Assembly: GCA_977018835.1 (NCBI GenBank)
Contig: OZ361256.1
Coordinates: forward strand, 6,076,001 to 6,140,000
Direction of reading: 5' to 3'
DNA from: Minutocellus sp. GHC0000111
Lineage: Eukaryota
Length of the DNA stretch: 64,000 nt
Every line of letters begins with the position of its first letter. Position 1 is the first letter of the stretch. Shown in pieces: positions 20,734 through 32,699 of the stretch. The notes under the pieces were generated by a model. The model ran no database searches, was not told the origin of the DNA, and was given only the letters and a program-made list of their open reading frames with translations. Both the position numbers and the translations under genes were made by a program.

Positions 20734-21663
20734 TTACAATGAGCTGCTGCCGGCAGTGGTGAGCTTGCTAAGTAATTTCTCCTCATCTGCCAAAACATCA
20801 GGCGAATTCGCTGCCTCGGCGACCGATACACCACTTTGCAAACGCCGCAAGATGTCGCTCTCCCTTCGATGCTCAATTTGTGCAAGGGTTTCTCGAGAGT
20901 TTGACTTTGTTCGAAAAACAGTCCACCTCGATGCATCGACATCACTGTTTCCCTCATCGGAATCGAGGTCGCTCAAGAATATTGAGAGGTTGACTTTCTC
21001 AAAAGCTGAGAGCGTCCCCTTTCCACTCAAATCACAAAACCATGCGAGGTTGGGGTCAGTCGAACATCCAGCTCGTTGCTGCTCTCCGCGGATACGAATG
21101 CCCGTCGCAATAAGCTCCTGGTCGGCGCGATGAATACAGTCAAAGTACTCAGCATCAGCTTGGATTGTAGGTGCCACTTGCAATGCCGGCTTGGTTGCAA
21201 ATCGCAGGGCCACCATGGATGCCAGTAGTGGTATGGGCTCCTCCTCATCATCAATGTTGGCATTTTCCATTTGTGTCTGAATCTCTTGTGAGGGCGATAG
21301 TCGCTTCATCCTTTTTCGTTGCAGGAATTTGGTCTCGCAGTTACAGTAGGCGACGTCGTGCTGCTGACAGGCTGCATCAACCTGATCTTTTGGTGCGTCT
21401 CCGTACCATCCATGAGCGATGCATCCGCCCTTGACCTGTACCTCTGGCGTCGGGTCAGCTGCGACTGCGTGGTTCATATGTCCAACGATGACACTAGAAG
21501 CGAGCATTGCCGGCCCAACAATGTTGGACGCAACCCATCGGAACGCATTCTCGTTTGCTACATTTGTTCTTTGGCAGGGGTGGTTGGCACAAGATGAGCT
21601 CTCATGAATGAATGCATTGGCTGATGCCAGGAGGGAAAGGACTGCCGCTAATGATAGTCTCAT
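20734..21663 (-). CDS. Secreted-type phospholipase A2-like protein with plastid-type presequence
   Basis: Signal MRLSLAAVLSLLASANA-F; PKDQVDAACQQHDVAYCNC matches the sPLA2 D-x-x-C-x-x-H-D-x-x-Y catalytic helix; downstream FDCIHRADQEL helix. Confidence 0.65.
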   Translation of the reverse strand: MRLSLAAVLSLLASANAFIHESSSCANHPCQRTNVANENAFRWVASNIVGPAMLASSVIVGHMNHAVAADPTPEVQVKGGCIAHGWYGDAPKDQVDAACQQHDVAYCNCETKFLQRKRMKRLSPSQEIQTQMENANIDDEEEPIPLLASMVALRFATKPALQVAPTIQADAEYFDCIHRADQELIATGIRIRGEQQRAGCSTDPNLAWFCDLSGKGTLSAFEKVNLSIFLSDLDSDEGNSDVDASRWTVFRTKSNSRETLAQIEHRRESDILRRLQSGVSVAEAANSPDVLADEEKLLSKLTTAGSSSL

Positions 21664-22113
21664 TTCTGTTCTTGTCCGTCCACTTTAGCTTGTGCTCCTT
21701 TCTTTGTTCAATTGGATTTGCGGTACATCGCGTAGGCCCGCATTGGCCCGCTCCGATTTTCGATGGAGCCCAGACACCCCGAGCCTCCGAGCTGACTCAT
21801 CATGCCCGCATACCACTTCGTCGTATCTCAAAATGACCATTTTTGATAACGCAGAAGAAAGATACAGGAATACGATGAGAGAAACAGACCATTGCACTTG
21901 AACATCACAAATCAAATCGCAAGGGGCGGGCAGCCAACGTTGTGCAACCAACGTGCCGATGGAGCGAAGATACACCCACTCAATGCCGACAACGTAGCAC
22001 ATTGTGCATAATGTGCAATCACACAATGCCTAATTTGGCCACATGTGTGGCTTCAACTGCAAGAAGCTCTTCTAAGTCACCGGAAAACACCCCCTCCTCT
22101 TCGTTCGACAAAA

Positions 22114-24694
22114 ATGAGCACGAAATGTGCTGCCACCGCATCCAACACCAATGAAAATCAGAAGCAGAAGCCTTCGGTGTTCCTCGCCTTTCTTCGAACA
22201 ATGCTGTTCGATATCCCTCTTTCCCTGCTCTTTGTCGCATTGCTAGCTTCTCTGTCGGCGAATTACTTGTACGACACATATTACATTCCTCTAATGAATG
22301 CCCTCCAATGGCCCGGCGACACCTCTCGAGACAAGACTGAGAACACTTATTATGCGCGGCATTGCACTGCCAATGACATTACCACCCGCTCGGCACACGA
22401 CCTCATTGTTCCGCCTGATGAATCACCTCATGATGCATCACTCCGAACACAGAAGCATGGTATGGCCGTCTTTCCCAAGGTGATATCTGACGACCATGCC
22501 GCAACGCTCCGTGATTACATACTGAATCGCAATGCTGCCCTGAAGGAAACCGACATGGACTACATCTGGCTGATCAGCGGTGCCAATCGCTGGTCGTTCA
22601 AATTGAGCGCCGATGCACCGGGCGCTGCCGATGTATTGCGAGATATCTCCACCCATCACAAGCTTCGACCGACGCTGGAGGAGCTTTTGGGTGACGAACC
22701 AGCACTCGTTGAGTTGACGGCCATTACCTCGGCGTACGGAGCCGGAGACCAGCGCTTTCACCAGGACAATAGCCACGACAGTTGCCAGATGGGCTATGCA
22801 CGGAGCTTCGTGAGCACGTACTCTATATTTATACCACTACAAGACACCACCAGGGAGATGGGAGCCACCGATGCCTGCGCGGGGACGCATTACTGTTCGA
22901 GCTATGACCAGGACATGTGTTACAATCGTGACAACAACATTCGTGTCCTTGGGACTAGGAGCAATTACACAGAATTCACAGCTGATCCAGCCAGTGATGG
23001 CAAGTACTGGAAAGCTGGTGATGCATTCCTGTTTGATATGCCGGTGATTCATCGGGGACCGGCACATATTGACCCAACACCGGGAAATGAACGGGTGATG
23101 CTGGTGCTGACATTCAGCCCTCGTCCTCGTGATCCCAGCAAGTATGGGTTCGACCGACGGCAACTTGGATTGGGCACCAGCTATAGTAATCGATGGGATA
23201 TGTGGGGAATGACTCTGTCCGATCTGGAAGATGTAGAATCGGCAATGGTTTGGCCTTCGAGATTGCTTCGGACGCTGGGTATTTTCAAGCGGTCAACGAA
23301 TGGTCGCAAACCCGCCGTTTGGGGATTTGATTTTTTTTCGGTAACGGCAACTCGACTGATGAACAAGCAATTTGGATATAGGATGAATGATCTGAGGCAA
23401 TTCATAAACACGCTGGAAAGTCATCCTTCGCATTGGATCAACAACAGGGTCGCCAAATACCTGTTTGCCCATCGGCACTTGGACTGGCTGGATTGGCTTG
23501 AGGAATCACTGGATAGGTCGAAAAAAGCAACTGTCAGAGCAACGGGTGCGGCATGGGTGAGTCTTGTGGTGCTCCTCGTACTGGTCATTCCAGTCCAATC
23601 TTGGAAATTCGCCACGTCTATTCTCGTTCGGAACCTGTTTGTCCATGCCACGATTTTCTCATTTTTCGCGGCGGGGATGCTGCATGACGTCGCCATTTGC
23701 TGACAATAATCGCCTCAGACCCCATGATCGTAGCATCGGGCCGACAAAGCTACCGGTCTCGCGTGATGTTATTCTCGGCAATGCCCGCCTCAATTCGCGG
23801 TGGATGGCCTCTCATAATCGAATTGCTGATTTTCATCCAGGAAACGTTCGTTGGCTTCAAGCCATGGATGAAACATTCAATGCCATTGATAGTTTCAGCG
23901 AGGAGCATCCCGTACTCGAACACGCAGCATTGGCTTCAATTGCCAACGTGATTTGGGCTTTTGAGCAGGGTGATTTTCTCAACCTGATTGACTCCGGGGA
24001 TTGGATAGTCCTCAGCGGGAAGGATGCCGTGAAGGAGACTCGTCGACGACTCATGGAACGGCAAAGTGCTGCAATCAAAATTGTCAATGAAGAAATTGCC
24101 TACCAAATATCAGAATGTCGACACGGACCCAGACGTGATACATCCATGTCACGCTTCTACTGCGCGGCAGTGCTAGAAGAGCTTCAGAGGCGATTATTCC
24201 GAGAAACGATGGAGACCAGAGAATCTATCATACCAATGCCAAGAAAGATTTCCTCCCGTGTTCTACATCACAGACTATCTTCAATGGAGACTTTGCGACC
24301 AGATGATGCAAAGCCCATTTCAAGCACGGTAATGTTCAAATCTTTTAAGCTGGGTGATGACGTAGTGGCTTTCACTGAAGAAGGATATTGGCGTGAAGGG
24401 AAAATCACTGCTGGTCCTGATCAATATGGCCGCTACAGTATCCGTCTAATTGGTGCCAACCATGCCAGGCATGGCTACTCAGAAGTGCGTCTACGGTATC
24501 TCAGTGAGACCGATAGAACTTTGATTGAGGGCACAATGGCCGAAGATGATGAATATGACGATGGAGATGAGGGTAGCCCGACGAAAACGAGGAATCTCAG
24601 CAGTTATCTTCGACTGAGCAGGTGCAGCGCAAGATTCAAGTGTGAATTCGCCGGCGAGGAAGGAGACATGGATTGTAGCGAATTGATTGAATAG
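22114..24694 (+). CDS. PhyH-like 2OG-Fe(II) dioxygenase membrane protein with C-terminal DUF6824-like and Tudor/SH3-like regions; frame break near 23690
   Basis: QRFHQD...IFIPLQDTTREMGAT...HRGPAH metal triad; TM segments. Overlapping second ORF 23564-24694 has DVILG...FHPGNVRW and FKLGDDVVAF-x-EGYWREGKI. Confidence 0.7.
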
Positions 24695-24727
24695 AACGGA
24701 ATTTATAAACAGTATTTGACAATGGTC

Positions 24728-26134
24728 TTAACTTAGCGGGAGTCCCTCGACACCACTGAAAGGATTGGGAGTTTTTGGTAGATTACTCTCAAAGAATGCC
24801 CTGTTGTTTCTGTATCGTTCGAGAATATCGTGATACTCTTCTTCTGAGGGTGGTCTTGTCATTCTACAAAATGCATTTGTGCTGCTCTTTGATGCAAGTA
24901 AAGCATTCAACAAACCAAGCTCTTCTGCGTAGGCAGCATATCCCGGATCCTCCAATTGAGGCTCGGGGTCAAGCCAAGTCACCTTGGTAATTCCTCGCGC
25001 CTCTTCTATTGTGTTTTTGTTGGCCCACACAAAACCAGCTCTCTGACCAGCTTTGAAGAGAATTGCTACGAAGGGCGGGGATATCACACGGTAGGGATAT
25101 GCCTAAAAATTATCGTGTGAATAAGCAAAAAGAGAAAGAGAATGGCCCCATGGAATTTGTTTTTTTGATATTGGTCGAGGCACTGACCCGTTGTTCAAAA
25201 AGTTACTCCACGCGGACATAATGTCGGGAGCATCGTCAATAGAATCAAGCTCTCCGCCACGGACACCAGAGCCGGCAATCCTGAACGTTTCGATAGCAAG
25301 GAAGTGGTCCTGTTGAATGTCGCCCATGTCCCCTGTTATCCCTCCGCAATCAAACATGTATAGCTCCCTTAGTTTGGAGAACGACGCCAACTCTGTCAGG
25401 TTCCCAGTAATCTTTCCACAAAAGTTGATGCACAGAGACTCTAGTTTGTCCTGGAGGTGACTCAACGATGCTAACGAGCCAGTCGCTTTGTGACAAGCGC
25501 GGCAATGTAATGATTTCAGCCTTGTCAAGCGAGCGACATCGCTCAAGTCAAACTCTAGTCCCTCATTGTCCCCGATATCCAATTCTTCCAACGTCGAGAG
25601 AGAGAAAATGACTTCCGAGGGTCCATACCCTTGAAGATGTCCGTTTTGGTAACTGATGTTTAGGTGTCGGATGTGACGGAAGCTTAGCAACTGCTTCACT
25701 TTTATTTTCATGTACCTTTCGGGGCCGGCCTCTTTCTCGATCATTCTTTCAATCCAGGGTTTCTGAATATGAGGAGGTGGGCTGTGGTCCGATTCGACGT
25801 CCAGACTCTGCACCATAGGGAGCGCCTCTGCAAAGCGATCAAGATGTGCAGTTCTGTCGCTCTTTGGATGCCACTTCCCCTGGACTAGACGCCTTACACG
25901 AATCTTATCAATGGCGGGTGTTATCAGGGACATCTGCCGAAGGCGCTTGGAAACACGGACCTTCAATAATTCTTTCCAGCAAAGGCAGGAGAGAATCTTG
26001 GTCAGCACATCGGTCGGCAGAGCCTCCAATCTGGAGACTCGTCCGGCAAGACGTGCGGACTTGCGCTGACCGATTGAACCCCTGCCGACCCCTTCGGCGG
26101 ATGCACGAGGTCGCTTGGACTTATGGGTGGGCAT
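24728..26134 (-). pseudogene. F-box + leucine-rich-repeat protein with an in-frame TAG
   Basis: F-box LEALPTDVLTKILSCL; LRRs (LEELDIG, LKSLHCR, ITGNLTELASF). The C-terminal PPF...AG-x-R-x-G...WLDPEP segment continues in the same frame after the TAG at 25103-25105. Confidence 0.7.
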
Positions 26135-26351
26135 TTTCAATTGTCTTGTACGAGGCTCGTGCAATCGAAAAGTAACACAAGATGTGCATGGTATCTTGAG
26201 ATGAACGAAGCGAAGGCCAGACCGAAATGACCTTTTTCGAAAGACATAGAACCGGCAATGGAATGATTCCAGCCCCTGACATTGGTGACGCCGGTGCGAC
26301 ACTGTGTTCCTCACGTTCTCCCTCGCTGTTGTTCAAACATTTCTAACAACC

Positions 26352-26693
26352 ATGCGAATTTCGGCAGTATTACTCCTTCTCGCGGCCGTGGTGTCGGCAT
26401 CTGCGACCAATGGCTCTTCCGGATCTCCATCAAATCTTCGAGGAGCCGATCGCCAACAGAGTCACTGGCTACAAAGGACTCGACGGCATGTGTATGCTCA
26501 TAATGATCAGGACGAAGAGAATGATGACCAAGATGAACAATTGCAGGAGAAGAACGATGGAAACGAGAGATGGAAACGTAGGAATTATAATCAAGGGAGT
26601 AGCAGTGCAACTGAAGAGACCGAGTCAAGCGATGCTGATGCCGAAACAAGTGATCGCCTCGCCAGAAGACGATACAACAACAACAATGACTGA
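26352..26693 (+). CDS. Small secreted acidic protein / possible peptide precursor (113 aa)
   Basis: Signal peptide MRISAVLLLLAAVVSASA; NLRG motif; acidic blocks separated by RTRR, KRR and RRR. Confidence 0.6.
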   Translation: MRISAVLLLLAAVVSASATNGSSGSPSNLRGADRQQSHWLQRTRRHVYAHNDQDEENDDQDEQLQEKNDGNERWKRRNYNQGSSSATEETESSDADAETSDRLARRRYNNNND

Positions 26694-26817
26694 ATACATG
26701 ATATGTTACGTACATACTTGAAGTTCTTGGGGTTTCCGGGTCTATTATTTTCTTATATTATAATCAACTGTAGTGCAATATTCGATCGCAATGACTCCTC
26801 TTCATTTGACATCTTAC

Positions 26818-28338
26818 TTACAAGTAGGCGATGGCACCGTTGAAACGGAAGTCCATAATCTTCCAGTTGAGCTCACCAGCCTGCTCGTCGTACTCCCGCT
26901 GGAACGCCACCACATACGAATTGGCCCGAATATCATCCTCGGATCCCTCCACCACACTGCCATCCTCCTTCTTCCTCACGCAATTGATCTGTTGGCACAT
27001 GAAATGGAGCAGAATGATCGGGCTGCCCTTGTTGACATTGTCCGGCTCGCATGCTAGAATTTCCGAGTTCATGATGCCCAAAACGTGCGTGTCGATCTCC
27101 ACACCCTCCTTCTTGCGTGCCCGGATCTCAGCCGCCAACCGATTGTACACGGCCTCACCCAACCAGGGCTGGAGTTCCTTGATGCGTCCCTCCAAGAACA
27201 GCTTCATGATATCGGGCAATGTGTCCTCCACCACATCATGCTTCCAACCCTCCAGAGTGAACTCCGGATCGAGCTGACGCAGCTCACGGACGGCCATGGC
27301 AAATTCCGATTCGGCCGTGAGGGTGTCGTACACCGACGACGCGCGGTACACCCAGGGATTTTGCGACGTCTCCCACGCCTCCTGCGCATCTTCGCGAATG
27401 TGATCGAGCTTCTCCTTGGCCTTGTTCGCTCCGGTCTTTTCGTAAACCACCTCGGCCTTGCTGAGGATGTCTATTTGGTTGGGATAACCAGTTTGGGACG
27501 TTTGGTGTGAGGATAACATATCTTACAAGAAAGCATAAAAGTCATTAACGAAAGAGGACTTACCTCAAAACTCACCCTGAATGATGGGAGCATCGCTCAA
27601 CCGTCTCTGCATGCGCTCCCAGGCCGTCAGGTGTTCATCCTCATCAATGACCATGATGGCCGTCGAGCCCTCGTACTTGTCAGCGGCAGCATCGTCATCC
27701 TCGGGAACCTCGCCGTCAGCCAAATCCTGCACGGGCTCGTGAATGCGCTTGTTGATGCTGCGCGGCTTGCCGGAATCGAGCAGCTCCGACCAGGTTTGCA
27801 AGACGGCGCCGAAGAAGGAGCTGGCGGTATCGCGAGCCTTGTGCAGGAGCTCATTGGTGGAGTCGTCACCACTGGTTGCTGAATCTTCGGGGATTTCTTC
27901 TCCGTCCTTGGCCTTGGCGCGGTTGACGGCGTCGCGGAGGGAATCACCACTGCTGCCGGCCTTCTTTGTCTTTGCTTTCGCCGTTTCTTCGTCGTCATTT
28001 GCGGTCGAGGCATTCGATTCGTCCTTCTCGCTGTCGCCCTCCTTGGGAGCAGCCGAGAAATATCGTTTGCTAACACCTGAGAACCTCGCACCTGGTCTGG
28101 AGAAGGTGCCTGCAGCTTGCACATGCTGCTGCTGACTCATCAATTGCATTGGAAGGCAGCACGAGCTGCTGTTGCCTCCTCCATTTCCAGCATTACTTAT
28201 GCCGGTCGACGAGGATCGTGCCGCAGAAGCCGCGGCAATGACAGAACTGGCCGACGAATCAACACCGGTGCCAACCGACGAAGTTATGGCGCGCTTCCGA
28301 GCCAGCGAGACGGCAGAGGAGGATACAACCCGGCGCAT
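26818..28338 (-). CDS. TIM44: Mitochondrial import inner membrane translocase subunit Tim44; exons 28338-27576, 27470-26818
   Basis: Arg/Ser-rich presequence; WETSQNPWVY; DPEFTLEGW; FMCQQINCVR...VVEGSEDDIR...WKIMD Tim44 domain. GT-AG intron 27471-27575 restores IIQDILSK. Confidence 0.9.
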
Positions 28339-28705
28339 CCTTGCTCTACTTACTATGCAATTCGATCGAAGAAGAACCTCGTGTGGAGGATTTTGGCTGG
28401 AGAATTTTCATGAAAGTTTTTATGGGGAATTGAAAAAGAGGGAAATATCTGGAAATGAGTTGACGGAAAGACGGAATTGATCCTGCGACTTGCTTATTTT
28501 TTCCAGTTTGCAGGCATTACGTAGGTGTCCCAACTTCAACAACGCGAAAATCCGCCAAAAGCAGCACATCAATCGAGAGGCCAACTTGAGCCGATCCATC
28601 TTCACTCTCTTCTGCTTGTGTTCGCATTCGATCCATCCACGTTTTCATTGGCGGTTGACGTAGGCGTGCATTCATTTCACACGTTCATATACCAGAAAAA
28701 CAAAA

Positions 28706-30294
28706 ATGAAGATCGGAACAGCAGTCCTTGCCGTCCTTTCGGCGGCCTCGGCCTACGGCGCCGAGGGATTTGGCGTCCCCCGCACGTTCGTGGCGCAGCG
28801 ATCGTCCCTCACCTCGTTGGCCATGTCGACCAAGGAGAAGGAGGCCACCGACGAGAAGCAGAAGGATGCTCCTCCGGTCAACATTGGCTGGGACTCGCAC
28901 AAGGCAGTGGTACGTTTCTTGTGGTAGTAGTAGTAGTGTAACTTGGGCCCAGCATGTCATGTGTTGGTTTTGGGTGCAAAAGTTTCGGCAAAAGAATTGC
29001 AGAATTGCGCAGTGCAATTGGAAGTTGAAGTTTTTGTATACAAGAGCCCAAGTCCAAAGCATTTGCAATATTATATCTTTGCGTTCGCAAAGCATATCTT
29101 CATCCACATAACTCATATTCATTTATTGTACCTTTCGTATGCTTACAGGAGGCCGTTCCTGAATCGCTCGTTCGCGAGGGTGAGTCCGGCCCCGACGGCA
29201 ACTACCCCATGCGCGCCAAGTTCGAGAAAATGTGCCGCGAGGCGCAGCTCAAGATTACCCAGGCCATCGAGGAGATCGACGGCAAGGCCACCTTCCAGGA
29301 GGATGCCTGGGTCCGCGACAACGGCGGCGGCGGCATGTCCCGCGTCTTGGCCGACGGCAACGTCTTTGAGAAGGCCGGCGTCAACCTCAGTGTTGTGTAC
29401 GGCAGCATGCCCCAGGAAGCTCTTCAGGCTGCCACCGAGCGTGGTGTCGACCGTGCCAAGGGATACAAGCCCGGTGAACGTGTTCCGTTCTTCGCATGCG
29501 GTTTGAGCAGTGTCATGCACCCCAAGAACCCCCACGCTCCTACCATGCATTTCAACTACCGCTACTTTGAGACCGACGGTGGTGGTAAGTTTTGTTTATG
29601 GAATATGTTTTGTTGATATTATCCATACGTACATAACCTTGATGCAAAATCATAATTGGATTTCGATTGCAATCCATCCACGTTTCGTGCAAAAATGAGT
29701 TCATCTCATAATCTCACCCTAAATCCATACTTTACTCGACGAATAAAAAAAACAGTCTGGTGGTTCGGTGGTGGTACCGACATTACCCCCTCGTACGTCA
29801 ATGAGGAGGACATGAAGCATTTCCACGGTACCTACAAGGAGGTGTGCGACAAGCACGATCCGGAGTTCTACCCCAAGTTCAAGGAGTGGGCCGACCGATA
29901 CTTTGTTATCCAGCACCGCAACGAAACTCGTGGTTTGGGTGGCATTTTCTTTGACGATCTCAACGACCGCGATCCCGATACCATTTTTGAATTCAGCAAG
30001 GAGGCGCTCAATTCGGTTGTCAAGGCTTACGGACCCATTGTGGAGAAGCACAAGGACGATGACTTCACTGAGCAGGAGAAGCGTTGGCAGCTGATGCGAC
30101 GAGGACGTTACGTGGAGTTCAACCTTGTCTACGACCGTGGCACTGTCTTCGGCCTCAAGACTGGTGGTCGCATTGAGATTATCCTCATGAGTCTTCCCGA
30201 GACGGCAAGGTGGGAGTATAATATGCAACCTGAAGAAGGAAGTCCGGAGGCTGACTTCATCGATGCTTGCAAGCATCCTCGGGAATGGGTATAA
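28706..30294 (+). CDS. hemF: Oxygen-dependent coproporphyrinogen III oxidase, plastid-targeted; exons 28706-28909, 29149-29584, 29756-30294
   Basis: [65 protein letters not shown]; two GT-AG introns join the exons in frame; N-terminal signal peptide. Confidence 0.95.
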
Positions 30295-30489
30295 AGGAGA
30301 AAAGACGTAATTGATCATTGTGCTGTCCACGGGGGCAACGCATTTCTTCTATGCCCATTCATTTCTACGGAGTGCGTAGCTACCTTGCATATGAATAATG
30401 CTGAAAATACCCCAAAGCATAATTATTTTATTAAAAGATTTTTACGTTCAAACAAGAGATTGAATATTATCTTGTGCGAAGATCCTGGC

Positions 30490-32526
30490 TCAAGGTGGAG
30501 TGTCGTCTCTTTCGGCTGCTAGCAACCGTTCCTGCATCCCTTCATCATCAATATCGATGACACAAAAGCGGGAAGATACAAGCATAAGGTCTCGAACAAT
30601 TAATCTCTGCACCACTTCTTGTTTGAAGTTATCAACTTGGAAGAGAAAATGCTTCCGCCCGACATCCGCGTCCGAGCATGATGAGAAGAATAACTTGAAC
30701 GATTCCTCGGCCTCTTCAGCTGGTTGATGAAGCTCCCACACTCGCGATAGGACGAAACATGCCTCACTCTCAAGCCGCAGAATGATTTCAAGAAATAACC
30801 ACTTCCGCCAAGCTTCTTTTTCCATTTCCGAGTGCACCTTGCGCGGGGAGAAAATATTGGCAAACAGATTTATGACTGCACGGCGGTCACGGTCTCGATC
30901 CGATTTGATATAACTGAAGAAAACGCTTAGCATGAGCGCTACACAATGAATCCCGGCCACCAATTCCTTCGCCATCTTTTCCGGAGTGGGGTCTTCGATC
31001 TGACAAGCTCTCCTTTGAAGGCCTTCTACTTCCATGGCTATGCTCTGCAGACAGGTCTGCAGATCTTGGTCGGAATATCCTTCCGATAATACTTTATTCC
31101 ACGTAACATCAGGGTTAGCGCCTCTCCCGTTTCCTAAAGTACGCTGCAAGATTTTTCGACGCATCTTTACGTCTGTGGCTCTAAGGCACTCTTCTCTTGA
31201 AGGAAGGAAAGAGTCCCCATTACTCTGTGCTTCATTCAACATAATCTTTGCAATTCGATCAAAATTTGCATCAACGTACATTCTAACAACTTCTCTGGCT
31301 TGATGTGGCAACATGTGACAGCTACTAGGACGTGCAAACATCGAAGTGCTGGCAGTGTTGTGGTCAAACCAAAAATTAATTGCAAGGCAATCGGCCGATG
31401 ACTCGACACGATGCCACCATCCCTCGGGAATAAAGATTGCCTCGCCAGCTGATATCGACACAACGACTGCTCTGGTTTTAAAGTTGTTACGCATCGCTTG
31501 CACCTCCTCTTCGAATGACGGCCGAATTGGACAGTTCCACCCAGCTTCTAGTGAGCGCCAAAGCGCTGGGTGGTTCGCGTGCTCAGAATGTATGGGTGAT
31601 CCTCTGATTGCATCAGGCGGGCACAATTCAATCGTCTTGTTCCCCTTCAAAACGATCAAGATATTTGGGTTTCCGTCGTAGTGGGTGTTGGTCCGAGTCT
31701 CGCATGGGGCATACCATAGGTTGACCTCGCAAACTTGCACCTTATCGCTAGGGAGCAGAAATGATGGTGCCCGGATCCAAGATGCCAGCGTTGCCAAGTT
31801 TTCGGCAGCACTGGTATCTGTCCCCTCGCCCTCCTTGTGGACTTTCCCGTTTTCCTCGACTATAATTGAGGTTGAAGTCTCCGCCTGAGGAGAAGCAAGT
31901 ATTGTCTCTTGTGCGACACATACCTTCACCAAGTCCGAATCATACTTTCCATCAATTACGTCGCCAAGCGACATTTGTGTTGTGATCTGGTCTTCTTGGC
32001 CAAGAAATAGATTCGTTTCGTCTCCCGTCGTATCTCCAACAGTCAAAGCCGCGTCAATTTCGAGCCTTGCTTCGCGAAATTTCTTCTCTCTTTCGGTCAA
32101 GAGACTCGCCGGTTTGGGCCTGGCTCGTCTGCATTGCACAGTGATTGTCTGAGCAAGCGCCTCTCCTGGTATCTGAGGATCGGGAGAGGCCATGCTGCTG
32201 GTATCGTTGGCGGCGAGTGGGCACATGCTGCGCCAGTTGGCTATTTTCACCGGCTTGCCCGTTTCGACATAAGCCTCAAATGTCTCCCACACCACATCAA
32301 TGCAGTCGACCACATGTTCTTTTGAATAATGACTCACGTCGTAGGAAGGCGTTGGCTTAATTGGTGGCGTTGGCCGTCCCCTGTCGCTCACTCCATCGGA
32401 CTTGCCTCCCAACAGCACGTCGATGTTCATGACCTGCCCATCCCTCGTGCTGTCACATGAAGGCTTCAGTGGTTGGCCTTGCGTCTCATTACCATTAATA
32501 TCGCCCCCTCCGCCGTTGGTATCCAT
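30490..32526 (-). CDS. JmjC / cupin-like 2OG oxygenase domain protein
   Basis: NLWY...TNTHYDGNPNILIVLKGNK and AGEAIFIPEGWWHRVES...AINFWF (HxD...H triad). Likely start MDTNGG at 32526. Confidence 0.85.
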   Translation of the reverse strand: MDTNGGGGDINGNETQGQPLKPSCDSTRDGQVMNIDVLLGGKSDGVSDRGRPTPPIKPTPSYDVSHYSKEHVVDCIDVVWETFEAYVETGKPVKIANWRSMCPLAANDTSSMASPDPQIPGEALAQTITVQCRRARPKPASLLTEREKKFREARLEIDAALTVGDTTGDETNLFLGQEDQITTQMSLGDVIDGKYDSDLVKVCVAQETILASPQAETSTSIIVEENGKVHKEGEGTDTSAAENLATLASWIRAPSFLLPSDKVQVCEVNLWYAPCETRTNTHYDGNPNILIVLKGNKTIELCPPDAIRGSPIHSEHANHPALWRSLEAGWNCPIRPSFEEEVQAMRNNFKTRAVVVSISAGEAIFIPEGWWHRVESSADCLAINFWFDHNTASTSMFARPSSCHMLPHQAREVVRMYVDANFDRIAKIMLNEAQSNGDSFLPSREECLRATDVKMRRKILQRTLGNGRGANPDVTWNKVLSEGYSDQDLQTCLQSIAMEVEGLQRRACQIEDPTPEKMAKELVAGIHCVALMLSVFFSYIKSDRDRDRRAVINLFANIFSPRKVHSEMEKEAWRKWLFLEIILRLESEACFVLSRVWELHQPAEEAEESFKLFFSSCSDADVGRKHFLFQVDNFKQEVVQRLIVRDLMLVSSRFCVIDIDDEGMQERLLAAERDDTPP

Positions 32527-32699
32527 CGCGCCCGACCCCTGTGGTGACTGGACCCTGCCCTGCCTGGGTCTTAGGCAAAAAATAATGTGCCGAGTTGGTT
32601 TTGCATGAGATGGCTCTGTCCGCCGTCCGATTGATCTCCATGAAAGTGCGACCATATTTTAGGTATGCAGGCACCAACCCGACAAGCAGAGCCACCACC

